A stretch of DNA of 64,000 bases, taken from positions 1 through 64,000 of IMG/VR virus record IMGVR_UViG_3300030118_001869. One strand, written 5' to 3'. The stretch's first letter is position 1, and each line of letters starts with the position of its first letter. A program made the position numbers and the translations under genes. Source of the stretch: a virus. Positions 10,202-19,538 of this stretch are shown in pieces. The notes under the pieces were generated by a model that searched no databases, was not told the origin of the DNA, and saw only the letters and a list, made by a program, of their open reading frames with translations.

Positions 10202-10873
10202 ATGGCAACAATAGCAGACGTGATATCTAGAATTAGAGGTCAGGCAAAAGCTGAAGTACAAGATGCTTTTGTTACAGATAGATATATCTATAGCCTTGTT
10301 ATCAAAAGTGCACAGCTGCTGATGAGAAGACAAGACCATGCTAATAAGTTAATGAAATTTAACTCAGTATGGAAAGCTCTACCTTTTGTAGAAATGATAG
10401 AGGTAGATAAGATTGAGGCAGGTTGTACAGGCATTCAAAGTGGTTGTACATTTATGCGTACTAAGAAAAAGTTACCTGAAATGATAGAAGGATATTGGGG
10501 TCCACTAATTAGAACAGTTAGTTCTATTGATGGCTCAATTGAATTACAACCTACATATCCAGGTACATATGTATCAATGACTAAAACAACGTCATTCAGA
10601 TACAATAAGAAAAAATACTTTTGGTATTTAGATGGTTATATATATTCCCCAAACATAGATTGGGAAGCAATTAAAGTAGAAGCTGTGTTCAATGATGACA
10701 TATCATCATACACATGTGAGAAAACAGATGATTGTGTACCAAGATATAAACAAGAAATATATATACCAGAATCATTATTTCCTGAAATAGAACAACAAGT
10801 TCTGATTTCAATGACAAACACAATGAAATTACCAGAAGATGTAAATGATGATAAACGTAATTTAAATAGATAA
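10202..10873 (+). CDS. Tail ring/tubular protein (crAss-like)
   Basis: Size, position before the muzzle gene, and motifs (KYFWYLDGYIY, IKVEAVF..D) resemble crAss-like ring proteins. Confidence 0.6.
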   Translation: MATIADVISRIRGQAKAEVQDAFVTDRYIYSLVIKSAQLLMRRQDHANKLMKFNSVWKALPFVEMIEVDKIEAGCTGIQSGCTFMRTKKKLPEMIEGYWGPLIRTVSSIDGSIELQPTYPGTYVSMTKTTSFRYNKKKYFWYLDGYIYSPNIDWEAIKVEAVFNDDISSYTCEKTDDCVPRYKQEIYIPESLFPEIEQQVLISMTNTMKLPEDVNDDKRNLNR

Positions 10874-10875
10874 TT

Positions 10876-11751
10876 ATGGCAGTATCACATAAATATAGAA
10901 CATTTGATCAGCTATTAGAAGATGTAATGGTTGATTTCCAAACATATGCTTTGGAAGGTATGATTGAGCCAGCACAGTTAATTAAGGTTGCTACTAGAGT
11001 TAACTATGATTTGGGTTTGAGAATACATAGAACTAAAGAAATAGTACTTGATATAGAACATGGTAAAGCAAAGTTACCAAATGATTTTGCTTACTTAAAT
11101 TATATATTCAAATGTGGTGAGTACAAACTAGGTGACAGAATGCCTGCAGGAACAACTGTAGAGACATTTAATGATGTTCCTTATGTACCAGCACCAAATG
11201 AAAAAGAACCATGCAGCAAAGATGATGATTGTAGTGAGACATGTGTAATACAAACTTGTGATAAAACTAAGAAGCATCAATTAGTTCAAATAATAGGTCC
11301 TAGTAAGTATAGGACTTTTACAGCATTTATGCCTCTTAGAATTAAAAATATAAATGATAAAGTTTGTTCAACATGTGTTGATGTAGGATTGCAAGCTTCT
11401 GATATAGCAGAAATAAAAGATGGTTTTGTTTTAACAACATTTGACACAGGTCATGTTTATATAAGTTATCAAGGAGCTATGGAAGATAATAATGGTAACT
11501 TACTAGTTCTTGATCAACCATATTGTAATGAATATTATGAGTATGCATTAAAACAAAGAATATTAGAGAACATGATTTTTGCTGGTGAAAATGTTGCACA
11601 GCAACTTGGTCTAATTGAAGGAAGGTTAAGAGCTGCTAGAAATAATGCATTAACTTTTGTCAATACGCCTAATTTTGCTGAAATGGAGAAAGTGTGGTGG
11701 CTTAATAGAAAAGCACAATACCATAACTACTACAATATGTTTAAATGCTAA
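10876..11751 (+). CDS. Second tail ring/tubular protein with Cys-rich insert
   Basis: IEHGKAKLPNDF and GHVYISYQG..ED..G..LV.D motifs resemble crAss-like ring proteins. Immediately precedes the muzzle gene. Confidence 0.6.
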   Translation: MAVSHKYRTFDQLLEDVMVDFQTYALEGMIEPAQLIKVATRVNYDLGLRIHRTKEIVLDIEHGKAKLPNDFAYLNYIFKCGEYKLGDRMPAGTTVETFNDVPYVPAPNEKEPCSKDDDCSETCVIQTCDKTKKHQLVQIIGPSKYRTFTAFMPLRIKNINDKVCSTCVDVGLQASDIAEIKDGFVLTTFDTGHVYISYQGAMEDNNGNLLVLDQPYCNEYYEYALKQRILENMIFAGENVAQQLGLIEGRLRAARNNALTFVNTPNFAEMEKVWWLNRKAQYHNYYNMFKC

Positions 11752-11764
11752 ATAAGAGCTAACT

Positions 11765-14700
11765 ATGGCAAAGAAACAACCTGCAAGAAGACAGCCTGCA
11801 AGGAGCAGTAGAGTACCACAGGCAGGCACTCAGTCATTTAGTAAGGGGATGATTAAAGACATTCATGAGTCTATTCAGCCCACTACTAACTGGACGCATG
11901 CACGTAATGTTGCAAATCATTCTTCTGATGGTGATCTTGGTGTTATAGGTAATGAACCAGCAAATTTAAGATGTGCTGAGGTACCATACACAATAATAGG
12001 ATGTATTCATAAATATGGTGATGAGTGGATAATATACTCTACAGATAATAGTAATTCTGAAATAGGATTATTTGATGACAGCAAATGTGAATATACAACT
12101 TTAGTAAGTGCTCCGTGTTTAAACTTTAAGACTTCACATTTAATAACTGGTGCTTCAAAAGAAAACTATGACTGCTCTTGGCAAGTATACTGGGATGATG
12201 GTTTAAATCCTTCACGTACATTAAATTTAGATGATATACCAAGATTACAAGTAGAGACTACTGCGCCAGGTGATGATTGTGTTACATTTATTGATGATCC
12301 TTCAACATGTTTTAATCTAGATTGTGAAAGATTAAGATTAGCTCCTCTAGTTACTGTTCCGTGTTTAAAACTAAGTCAAGCTGAAGATGGTGGACAATTA
12401 AGAAATGGTACATATCAAGCATATGCTGCTTATGTAGTTAATGAACAAAGAGTCACTGACTACATGGGTATTTCTAATTTACAATCACTTTGGGATCATA
12501 AAGGTACAGGTGGTTCTTTAAATATAGAACTATCTAATCTAGACAGAGAAGAGTTTGAATATTTTGAATTAGTAATACTTAGTAACAATCAAAACAATCA
12601 GGTTGCAAAAAAAATAGGAATATATAGCACAGACACAAGTAGTATATCTATTGACTTTATAGATCAAGCATTACCAGTGGTACCATTAGAAATAATACCA
12701 CTTAGGAATCCTGCTTATGAAAAGTCAGATGCAATGTTTGTTGTTAATGATTATCTAATAAGAAAAGGACCTACAACGCAGTTTGATTTTAACTATCAAC
12801 CAAAAGCTAATAAAATTATATCTAAGTGGGTTGTAAAAGAATATCCTGCTAACTATTATCATAAAGGAGGTAATGCTGTAGGTTTTATGAGAGACGAACA
12901 ATATGCATTTTTTATAAGATGGATATATAACACAGGAGAAAAGTCAGCATCATACCATATACCAGGAAGAGCACCTTTAGTTAATGGAACTAATCAATTT
13001 GGTAATAGTATAGATGAGCTTGGTATATCTGCTGGAATAGATACTATAGCTAATGATGAATATAATTTTCAAACATATAATACAGCATTTGTCACGGAAC
13101 CAGCAGTAAATCAAGTTAGTGGTGATGGTGTAATACTATCAAAAGGTAGAATGGGTTATTGGCAGTCTACTGAACGATATGATACAAGAAGACCAGAAAT
13201 ATGGGCAGAATTATGTGGTAAACATATTAGACATCACAAAATGCCTACAGAAGAAATACATGAAACACTTAGGTTAACAAATAGTTCAGGTACAGCTATA
13301 AGAGTATTAGGTGTTGAATTTGATAATATTGAAAGACCTACTTTTAATGATGGAAGTTATATTCCAAATATAGTTGGTTATGAAATATTAAGAGGATCAA
13401 GAGAAGGTGCAAAATCTATTTTAGGTAAAGGTATATTTAAAAATATGCGTAAGTATGATGTACCTGATGCAGAAGACCTAACAAATTCTGGTGTTCAAGG
13501 TCTTTATCCTAACTATCCGTACAATGATTTAAGACCTGATGTATTTTTTGCAGAAAAAAGAACTGAAGATTGTAACACTTTTGTTGGTGGTTTAAGTGAG
13601 TATCCTCCATTATCAGGCTTTACCAAAGACGTATTTACTTTTCATTCTCCAGAGCTTATGTTTAGAAAACCTTTTTTAAACGCATATGAGACTAGATTAT
13701 ATGGTGAGCTAAGTGGTAAAGCATCAGGAAGTTTTTATGCCTCTGAAGAACATCCTCAGTTTAAATTATTAAGAAGTTCTGCTGCATTGATTGCAGGAAT
13801 AATTGGTCTTGGATATGCTATAGGTAGAGTAAGAGGTAATAAAACATTTGGTAGAAGAAGTCCTAGTACTGGTATTGCTGGTATTGGTGGACCTCATTGG
13901 GGATCTGTAGAAATATTAGGTGTAGGTGGAGAAGCTTCTATACCAGGATCTGCAGTAGGGGAAGCAGCATTAGCAGCAGCAGCTGCAGCAGGTGGTAGTG
14001 CTTTAACAGACTTGTTGGGTGCAGTACTTGGTGCTCTGATAGATGATGCAGCTTCTTTAGGTTCTTTATTTACAGGTAGTAGTACAATTATGGAAACTTA
14101 TTTAGCAGGTAAAGATTTATTAGGTGGTGTTAGTGCAGTTATACCTGGTATTGATTCAGGACACATGATAGAGTCATATACAAAAGATCATGCAACCGGT
14201 AATTTACCAAATGTAGTGGGTACATTTTTAGGAAACTCTATAGGTAGAACAAATATTGTAACTGGTGGTGATGAAATTATAGAACTATTTTACAATTTAG
14301 CAAAAGAACAAGATCATGCTTTAAAATACAACAGTTATGGTCAACTTAATAAATTTCAAAATTTAAGTAATGGTAGTGTATTTAGATCTAAAACTCTTGA
14401 CTCAAATTACATAGATTCTACATTTCAATTATTTGACAGCGGCAAGTACAAAGTAAATAATTTATTTAGACCATCAACTGTTATTATATCACAGGAAAAA
14501 GAATTTGCTGTACCACAAAATATAGATAATTCTAGATTTGCTTTAGGTGGTGATGTAGATCAAGATAGACCAGGTAGACTAAAAAGACCAGAAAAGGTAA
14601 GATCATCAAACATATCTAGTCTTTATGGTGCTTTAAAATTTAACTTTGAAAATCAATATGGTCAGCTAGATCAAATTAAGCAAGTTATAATGAGAGGTTG

Positions 14701-17700
14701 CACAGAAAATATTGATTTAGAATTACCTGCAGAAACAAGATATACATCACAACCAATATTTGATGGAGATACATACATAGGAAGATATACTGAAAAATGT
14801 ATAATGCCTATTTTTACAGACTTTTTATACGGTCAACCAAATGGTTTTACTTATGACTACAGAAATAAAGTAAATATACCATTTCCTAGATTTTGGATGG
14901 ATACGCAAAAGTTTGATCTTACAGACATGGCAGCTGAAATTATGTCTTTTGGTCTTGCAGATACTAGTGGTGGTTCTGTAGTACCAGCAGATTTATATTA
15001 TTTAGATAGAGGTTCATCATGTACAGGAACTGCACTAGGTGATTTATTTAGTGGTAGTAATACAAATCCAAAACAACCAAGACTATCATTAAAATATGCT
15101 TATATGTATACACACGTGAATGGTATACATGACTTTTTTGTTGAGTCTGAAATAAATTTAGCTCATAGAGATTGGGATGATAGAGCTGAAGAAAAAATAT
15201 ATTCTGCTTATTATAATAATAATGTAAAAGATTTATTACACGCTGCTATTATTAAAGAAGATAATTTTTATAAATATGATTACTCACTTAGTGCAAGTAG
15301 ATTTATAACAAACTTAGCATCTAATGGTAATATACAACCAAGAGACTATGATCCATTAGTAGCTGAAAAATGTCATGATTACTATCCAAAAAGATTAATC
15401 TACTCAAACAGAGCAATGAATGAGCAGAAGAAAGATTTTTGGAGAGTATTCTTACCTAATAACTATAAGGATTTTAAAAATAGAGTAACATCAATAAACT
15501 CTCTTAATAAGACAGGGGCTATGATGTTCTTCCCATATCAATCACCTGCAATATTCCAAGGTGTAGATACACTTAAATCTGATATGGGTACTGAGGTATA
15601 TCTTGGTGATGGAGGTTTGTTTGCTAGAGAACCACAGAATATAATGAACTCTGAAAAGTCAATAGAGTATGGATCTTGTGAGAGCTTAAGAAGTGTTGTT
15701 AACACTCCGTCAGGATTGTTTTGGATATCACAAGCACAGGGTAAGATATTTCAGTATGCTGGTAGAGGAGCACAGAATATTGCTAACCAAGGTATGAAGT
15801 GGTGGTTTAATAAATATCTACCATCACAACTTATTGCACAGTTACCAGAATTAGAAGAATACACATTAGGAGATAATCCTGTAGCTGGTGTTGGTTGTCA
15901 AACAGTTTATGATGCTAACGATGACATAGTATATTTCTGCAAAAAAGATTTTAGAATCAAAGATGAACATGTAGGTAAAATAATTTATGATACAACAGAC
16001 ACTAAATTTTATTACACTGATGGTCCTAGAATAGAAGTACAACTTGATGATAGTCTATACTTTGAAGATTGCTCATGGACTATATCATATGATCCTAAAG
16101 TAAAAGCATGGATATCATTCCATGACTGGCATCCAGAACTATCAGTGTCTAGCATTAATCACTTCTTAACTACAAAAAAGAACAAAAAGGTTACAGAAGG
16201 TTTGTGTCCTCCAGGTTTTACTTTTAATACTTCAACACAATTATGTGAGTGTGGAGGAACAGAAACAAATCCTGCACCTATTACTGTAGAAGAAGTTGCA
16301 GCTAATATTTCTGGTGGACCTGAGAATTGTTTAGTTGATATTGTTATTGGGATGGATATTTCAACTAGTACTAATACAGGTAATAGAAAACAAGCACAAG
16401 AAGATTTTGTACAAGCATTTATAAGTAATAGCACCATAACTAATGGTATATCTAATGGAAGTATACAGATTGGTTTTACTAGGTGGCATGGTGTTCATGT
16501 GGATAGTTTAAATCCAGGAGGATTTAGTATGAGTAATACGGCAGCAGATATAGCAGGTTCAGCAGCATACTATGGTCAGAATGCTGTAAATGGTACTAAC
16601 ATAACTAATGGAGTAAATGGTGCAGCTGGTGTTTTAGCACAGAAGAGTACATCAGAACTAGGAGACAGAAGTGCTGATCCTAATTTTAGAAACGTATTAA
16701 TAATTATTACAGATGGAACTGCATCTGTTGATAATCCACAAACAAGTGGCCCAGGCGGCACACAAGTTGGATGTCAATATCAGAATCAAGCAAACTATGA
16801 TGTTATAGCAGTGTTTTGTGATCCAACAAATCCAAACCCTCCAGGTGGTGGTCAAGCTATTTTAAATGCTATTACATGTAATGTTGCAGCAAATCAATTT
16901 ACAATAGCAGCTAATCAAACAACTGGACCTAATGCTCCAAGTGCTGTTGCTAATGCTGTAACTGGTGTAGCTTGTGGTACAGACTATCAATGTGAGTGTC
17001 CACCAGGATTTACTTTAGTTTATCCAGATGCAAATGGTAACCATACACAGGCTAGTGGTACTTGCACACCAAGTATACCACCTGATATAGCTCCTATATG
17101 TAGAAGAGTTATTTGTGAGTGTCCTCCACCTGTTGGTTTATTTGGTACTGTAACTGAGACAGGGGTTTGTGATGATTTCTTTTTGTTAGGTGATCCTACG
17201 TATGTTAATCCAACACCTAAAATGTGTACAGTAAATACACTAACTACAACTGAAGCAGCTGAATTCAGCACAAGTTTCTGGAGACACAACTATAGATGTG
17301 ATGAATATGCAAACTTCTATGGAGAAGATTATCCATGGGAAGTAGAGGTAGTTAATCACACAGGTCAACTTGTTACTACATTACGTAGTATAGAGTATCA
17401 TTTAGAAAGCTTTATCTATAAAGGGGATATGCATAACGGATGTAATGATGATAAGTGGCATGATCTTGACTATAACTTTGATGAGGTTATAATACATAAC
17501 ACAGAACAAGTATCTGGTAAATTAGTATTATCACTTACACCAAAAGAACAACCTATACAAGCTTTAGCATATCCTATAATAAATGCTACAGACATAAATA
17601 TATTATATTCTAAAGAAGAACAAAAGTATAGATTTAATCAGTTCTGGGATATAACAAATGATAGAGGTGAGTTTAGTATAGCACAACAAACTATATTTAA

Positions 17701-17884
17701 TACTCAACCTAATGGATATATTAGAGATTTAAATATTAATAATTTAAACTATGATAAATCAGAAACACAACGCAAAAAGTTTAGACATTACTACAATAAG
17801 ATGCTTTTAAGAAAGACTAAATCAGAAGGTAGAAAGATGATACTTAGACTTAACAACTTTAAATTTCAAACATCACAAAGATAA
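11765..17884 (+). CDS. Tail stabilisation / muzzle protein (P22 gp10-like role) with inserted vWA domain, 2039 aa
   Basis: N-terminal FSKGMIKD...NEPAN, VYWDDGLNPSR, GFMRDEQYAFFIRW and C-terminal WTISYDP...WISFHDW.P motifs resemble crAss-like muzzle proteins. vWA insert at about 16320-16980 (DISTS, IIITDG). Confidence 0.75.
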   Translation: MAKKQPARRQPARSSRVPQAGTQSFSKGMIKDIHESIQPTTNWTHARNVANHSSDGDLGVIGNEPANLRCAEVPYTIIGCIHKYGDEWIIYSTDNSNSEIGLFDDSKCEYTTLVSAPCLNFKTSHLITGASKENYDCSWQVYWDDGLNPSRTLNLDDIPRLQVETTAPGDDCVTFIDDPSTCFNLDCERLRLAPLVTVPCLKLSQAEDGGQLRNGTYQAYAAYVVNEQRVTDYMGISNLQSLWDHKGTGGSLNIELSNLDREEFEYFELVILSNNQNNQVAKKIGIYSTDTSSISIDFIDQALPVVPLEIIPLRNPAYEKSDAMFVVNDYLIRKGPTTQFDFNYQPKANKIISKWVVKEYPANYYHKGGNAVGFMRDEQYAFFIRWIYNTGEKSASYHIPGRAPLVNGTNQFGNSIDELGISAGIDTIANDEYNFQTYNTAFVTEPAVNQVSGDGVILSKGRMGYWQSTERYDTRRPEIWAELCGKHIRHHKMPTEEIHETLRLTNSSGTAIRVLGVEFDNIERPTFNDGSYIPNIVGYEILRGSREGAKSILGKGIFKNMRKYDVPDAEDLTNSGVQGLYPNYPYNDLRPDVFFAEKRTEDCNTFVGGLSEYPPLSGFTKDVFTFHSPELMFRKPFLNAYETRLYGELSGKASGSFYASEEHPQFKLLRSSAALIAGIIGLGYAIGRVRGNKTFGRRSPSTGIAGIGGPHWGSVEILGVGGEASIPGSAVGEAALAAAAAAGGSALTDLLGAVLGALIDDAASLGSLFTGSSTIMETYLAGKDLLGGVSAVIPGIDSGHMIESYTKDHATGNLPNVVGTFLGNSIGRTNIVTGGDEIIELFYNLAKEQDHALKYNSYGQLNKFQNLSNGSVFRSKTLDSNYIDSTFQLFDSGKYKVNNLFRPSTVIISQEKEFAVPQNIDNSRFALGGDVDQDRPGRLKRPEKVRSSNISSLYGALKFNFENQYGQLDQIKQVIMRGCTENIDLELPAETRYTSQPIFDGDTYIGRYTEKCIMPIFTDFLYGQPNGFTYDYRNKVNIPFPRFWMDTQKFDLTDMAAEIMSFGLADTSGGSVVPADLYYLDRGSSCTGTALGDLFSGSNTNPKQPRLSLKYAYMYTHVNGIHDFFVESEINLAHRDWDDRAEEKIYSAYYNNNVKDLLHAAIIKEDNFYKYDYSLSASRFITNLASNGNIQPRDYDPLVAEKCHDYYPKRLIYSNRAMNEQKKDFWRVFLPNNYKDFKNRVTSINSLNKTGAMMFFPYQSPAIFQGVDTLKSDMGTEVYLGDGGLFAREPQNIMNSEKSIEYGSCESLRSVVNTPSGLFWISQAQGKIFQYAGRGAQNIANQGMKWWFNKYLPSQLIAQLPELEEYTLGDNPVAGVGCQTVYDANDDIVYFCKKDFRIKDEHVGKIIYDTTDTKFYYTDGPRIEVQLDDSLYFEDCSWTISYDPKVKAWISFHDWHPELSVSSINHFLTTKKNKKVTEGLCPPGFTFNTSTQLCECGGTETNPAPITVEEVAANISGGPENCLVDIVIGMDISTSTNTGNRKQAQEDFVQAFISNSTITNGISNGSIQIGFTRWHGVHVDSLNPGGFSMSNTAADIAGSAAYYGQNAVNGTNITNGVNGAAGVLAQKSTSELGDRSADPNFRNVLIIITDGTASVDNPQTSGPGGTQVGCQYQNQANYDVIAVFCDPTNPNPPGGGQAILNAITCNVAANQFTIAANQTTGPNAPSAVANAVTGVACGTDYQCECPPGFTLVYPDANGNHTQASGTCTPSIPPDIAPICRRVICECPPPVGLFGTVTETGVCDDFFLLGDPTYVNPTPKMCTVNTLTTTEAAEFSTSFWRHNYRCDEYANFYGEDYPWEVEVVNHTGQLVTTLRSIEYHLESFIYKGDMHNGCNDDKWHDLDYNFDEVIIHNTEQVSGKLVLSLTPKEQPIQALAYPIINATDINILYSKEEQKYRFNQFWDITNDRGEFSIAQQTIFNTQPNGYIRDLNINNLNYDKSETQRKKFRHYYNKMLLRKTKSEGRKMILRLNNFKFQTSQR

Positions 17885-19494
17885 TGCATAGTAAAAAGTT
17901 TACAAAGACTGAAAGAAGAGGATTACCAGGTGGACCTAATGAAGTGTTTACCTACGTAACAGGTGTGTTCTCTACTGAAGGATATAAAAATGATAGTCCA
18001 GACAAAGACAATCCTTTTAATATTATTCCGTCAGGTAATATTACTATGAAAGATGTAGACTTTCCTGTTATGGGTATAGATAACTTAGGTAATAGCAAAA
18101 TGATGATGCCAGGTGGAGAGTATGAGTTTCCTGGTGATATGGTATTTGAAATGCCTATGGGTAAGTCAGGTATAGAAATAAAGCCTGAGAATAGAGGTAA
18201 GTTTACAAGATGGGCTAAGAAGCGTGGTATGACTGTTAAACAAGCATATGCAAAGGTTTTAGCAAATAAAGATAAGTACCCTCCATCAATAGTAAAGATG
18301 GCTAATTTTGCACGTAATGCAGCAGGATGGAAAAAGCAAGACGGTGGTCCTATTGAGCCTCTAACATTTTTTAAAACTCTAGTAAATCCCGTAGCACCTC
18401 TTATAACTGGTCTTATACAAAAAGGTAAAGAAAATATATCAGAAAATATTTTGCCAGTAGGATACATGGATGATAGATCATTATCTGGACAACCTGATGG
18501 GCAATTTATACAATCAGGAAGTAAGCTAGTTAATAAATTTTCTAATCAATCAACTATACCGAAAGAACGTGGTTTAGTAAATGATGCATCAATTCCACAG
18601 ATAAGCAAAGTTTTACGTGCTCTTACTAATATGCCAAAGTCTGAAGGTCAAATAAGAAGAGAAGAAAGATTAGCTGAGAATCCAGCTAACAATCTTGCAC
18701 TTGCAGAAAGAGAAGATCTTTTAAATATTCTTTTAGGTTTAGATCAAAAGCATAATAGTATACCTATACAAGATCAATATAAACCTTCTAAATCTAAAGA
18801 TCCTGACTCAGTATATTACAGATCTCCAGCTACAGAAAAATTTATACAAAATCAGTTAGAGGAAAATCCTGAAGAGTTTATAAGAGAAATTTATAGACAT
18901 AAAGGTGGTATTGACTACTGGGCAGAAGATTATCAACAGATAAATTCACTAGGTCAATTTACTTTAAATGTAGGAGAAGATGAAAAAGGTAAATATATAT
19001 CTTATTATGATGTATGGGATTTACAACCATTTAAAAATAAAACTGCAACTGCTATTTCAGATGCAGCTCAATCTTTGGTAGGAATAAAACCACCAGAAAT
19101 ATATGGTAGAGTATATTTACCTGAATTAAATGTGCGCTCTAGTGCAACTTCTACAAAAAAAAGAAATATACAAGATGAAATAAAACGTGGTGGTCAAGTA
19201 AGTTGGAACTTTAAAGGTAAAACTTATTCTGGTACACTTATACCTAGTATGGAAGATGCTAACAATAGATATGCTAGAACTCACAATGGTAAAATTAAAA
19301 CATTACCTAAAAAGAAAATGGGTGGTAAACTTAGAATATATAAGGACTTTGTAAATGGTGTATATGATAATAGTTCAAACATAGATTTTGTGCAAAGCGT
19401 GTTTGATAAAGTAAATAGAATCTATCATAGTCAAGCAAAAGAAGCAAATATGAGTACACCAAACTATGTAATGTCATTTTTAGTAGATGGTTAA
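17884..19494 (+). CDS. Modular internal virion (cargo) protein
   Basis: Contains modules I recognise from crAss-like phages (SGNITMKDVDFPVMGID...; IEIKPENRGKFT...ANFARNA) separated by KxxGG-type motifs. TAATG-coupled to the muzzle gene. Confidence 0.6.
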   Translation: MHSKKFTKTERRGLPGGPNEVFTYVTGVFSTEGYKNDSPDKDNPFNIIPSGNITMKDVDFPVMGIDNLGNSKMMMPGGEYEFPGDMVFEMPMGKSGIEIKPENRGKFTRWAKKRGMTVKQAYAKVLANKDKYPPSIVKMANFARNAAGWKKQDGGPIEPLTFFKTLVNPVAPLITGLIQKGKENISENILPVGYMDDRSLSGQPDGQFIQSGSKLVNKFSNQSTIPKERGLVNDASIPQISKVLRALTNMPKSEGQIRREERLAENPANNLALAEREDLLNILLGLDQKHNSIPIQDQYKPSKSKDPDSVYYRSPATEKFIQNQLEENPEEFIREIYRHKGGIDYWAEDYQQINSLGQFTLNVGEDEKGKYISYYDVWDLQPFKNKTATAISDAAQSLVGIKPPEIYGRVYLPELNVRSSATSTKKRNIQDEIKRGGQVSWNFKGKTYSGTLIPSMEDANNRYARTHNGKIKTLPKKKMGGKLRIYKDFVNGVYDNSSNIDFVQSVFDKVNRIYHSQAKEANMSTPNYVMSFLVDG

Positions 19495-19517
19495 ACATTA
19501 GATATTGTCCTTATTAA

Positions 19518-19530
19518 TTTGTATATTATA
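19518..19530 (+). promoter_or_regulatory. Putative phage promoter motif TTTGTATATTATA
   Basis: Exact 13-mer in the short intergenic gap before the cargo/RNAP gene run. Confidence 0.55.
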
Positions 19531-19538
19531 GATATAGT

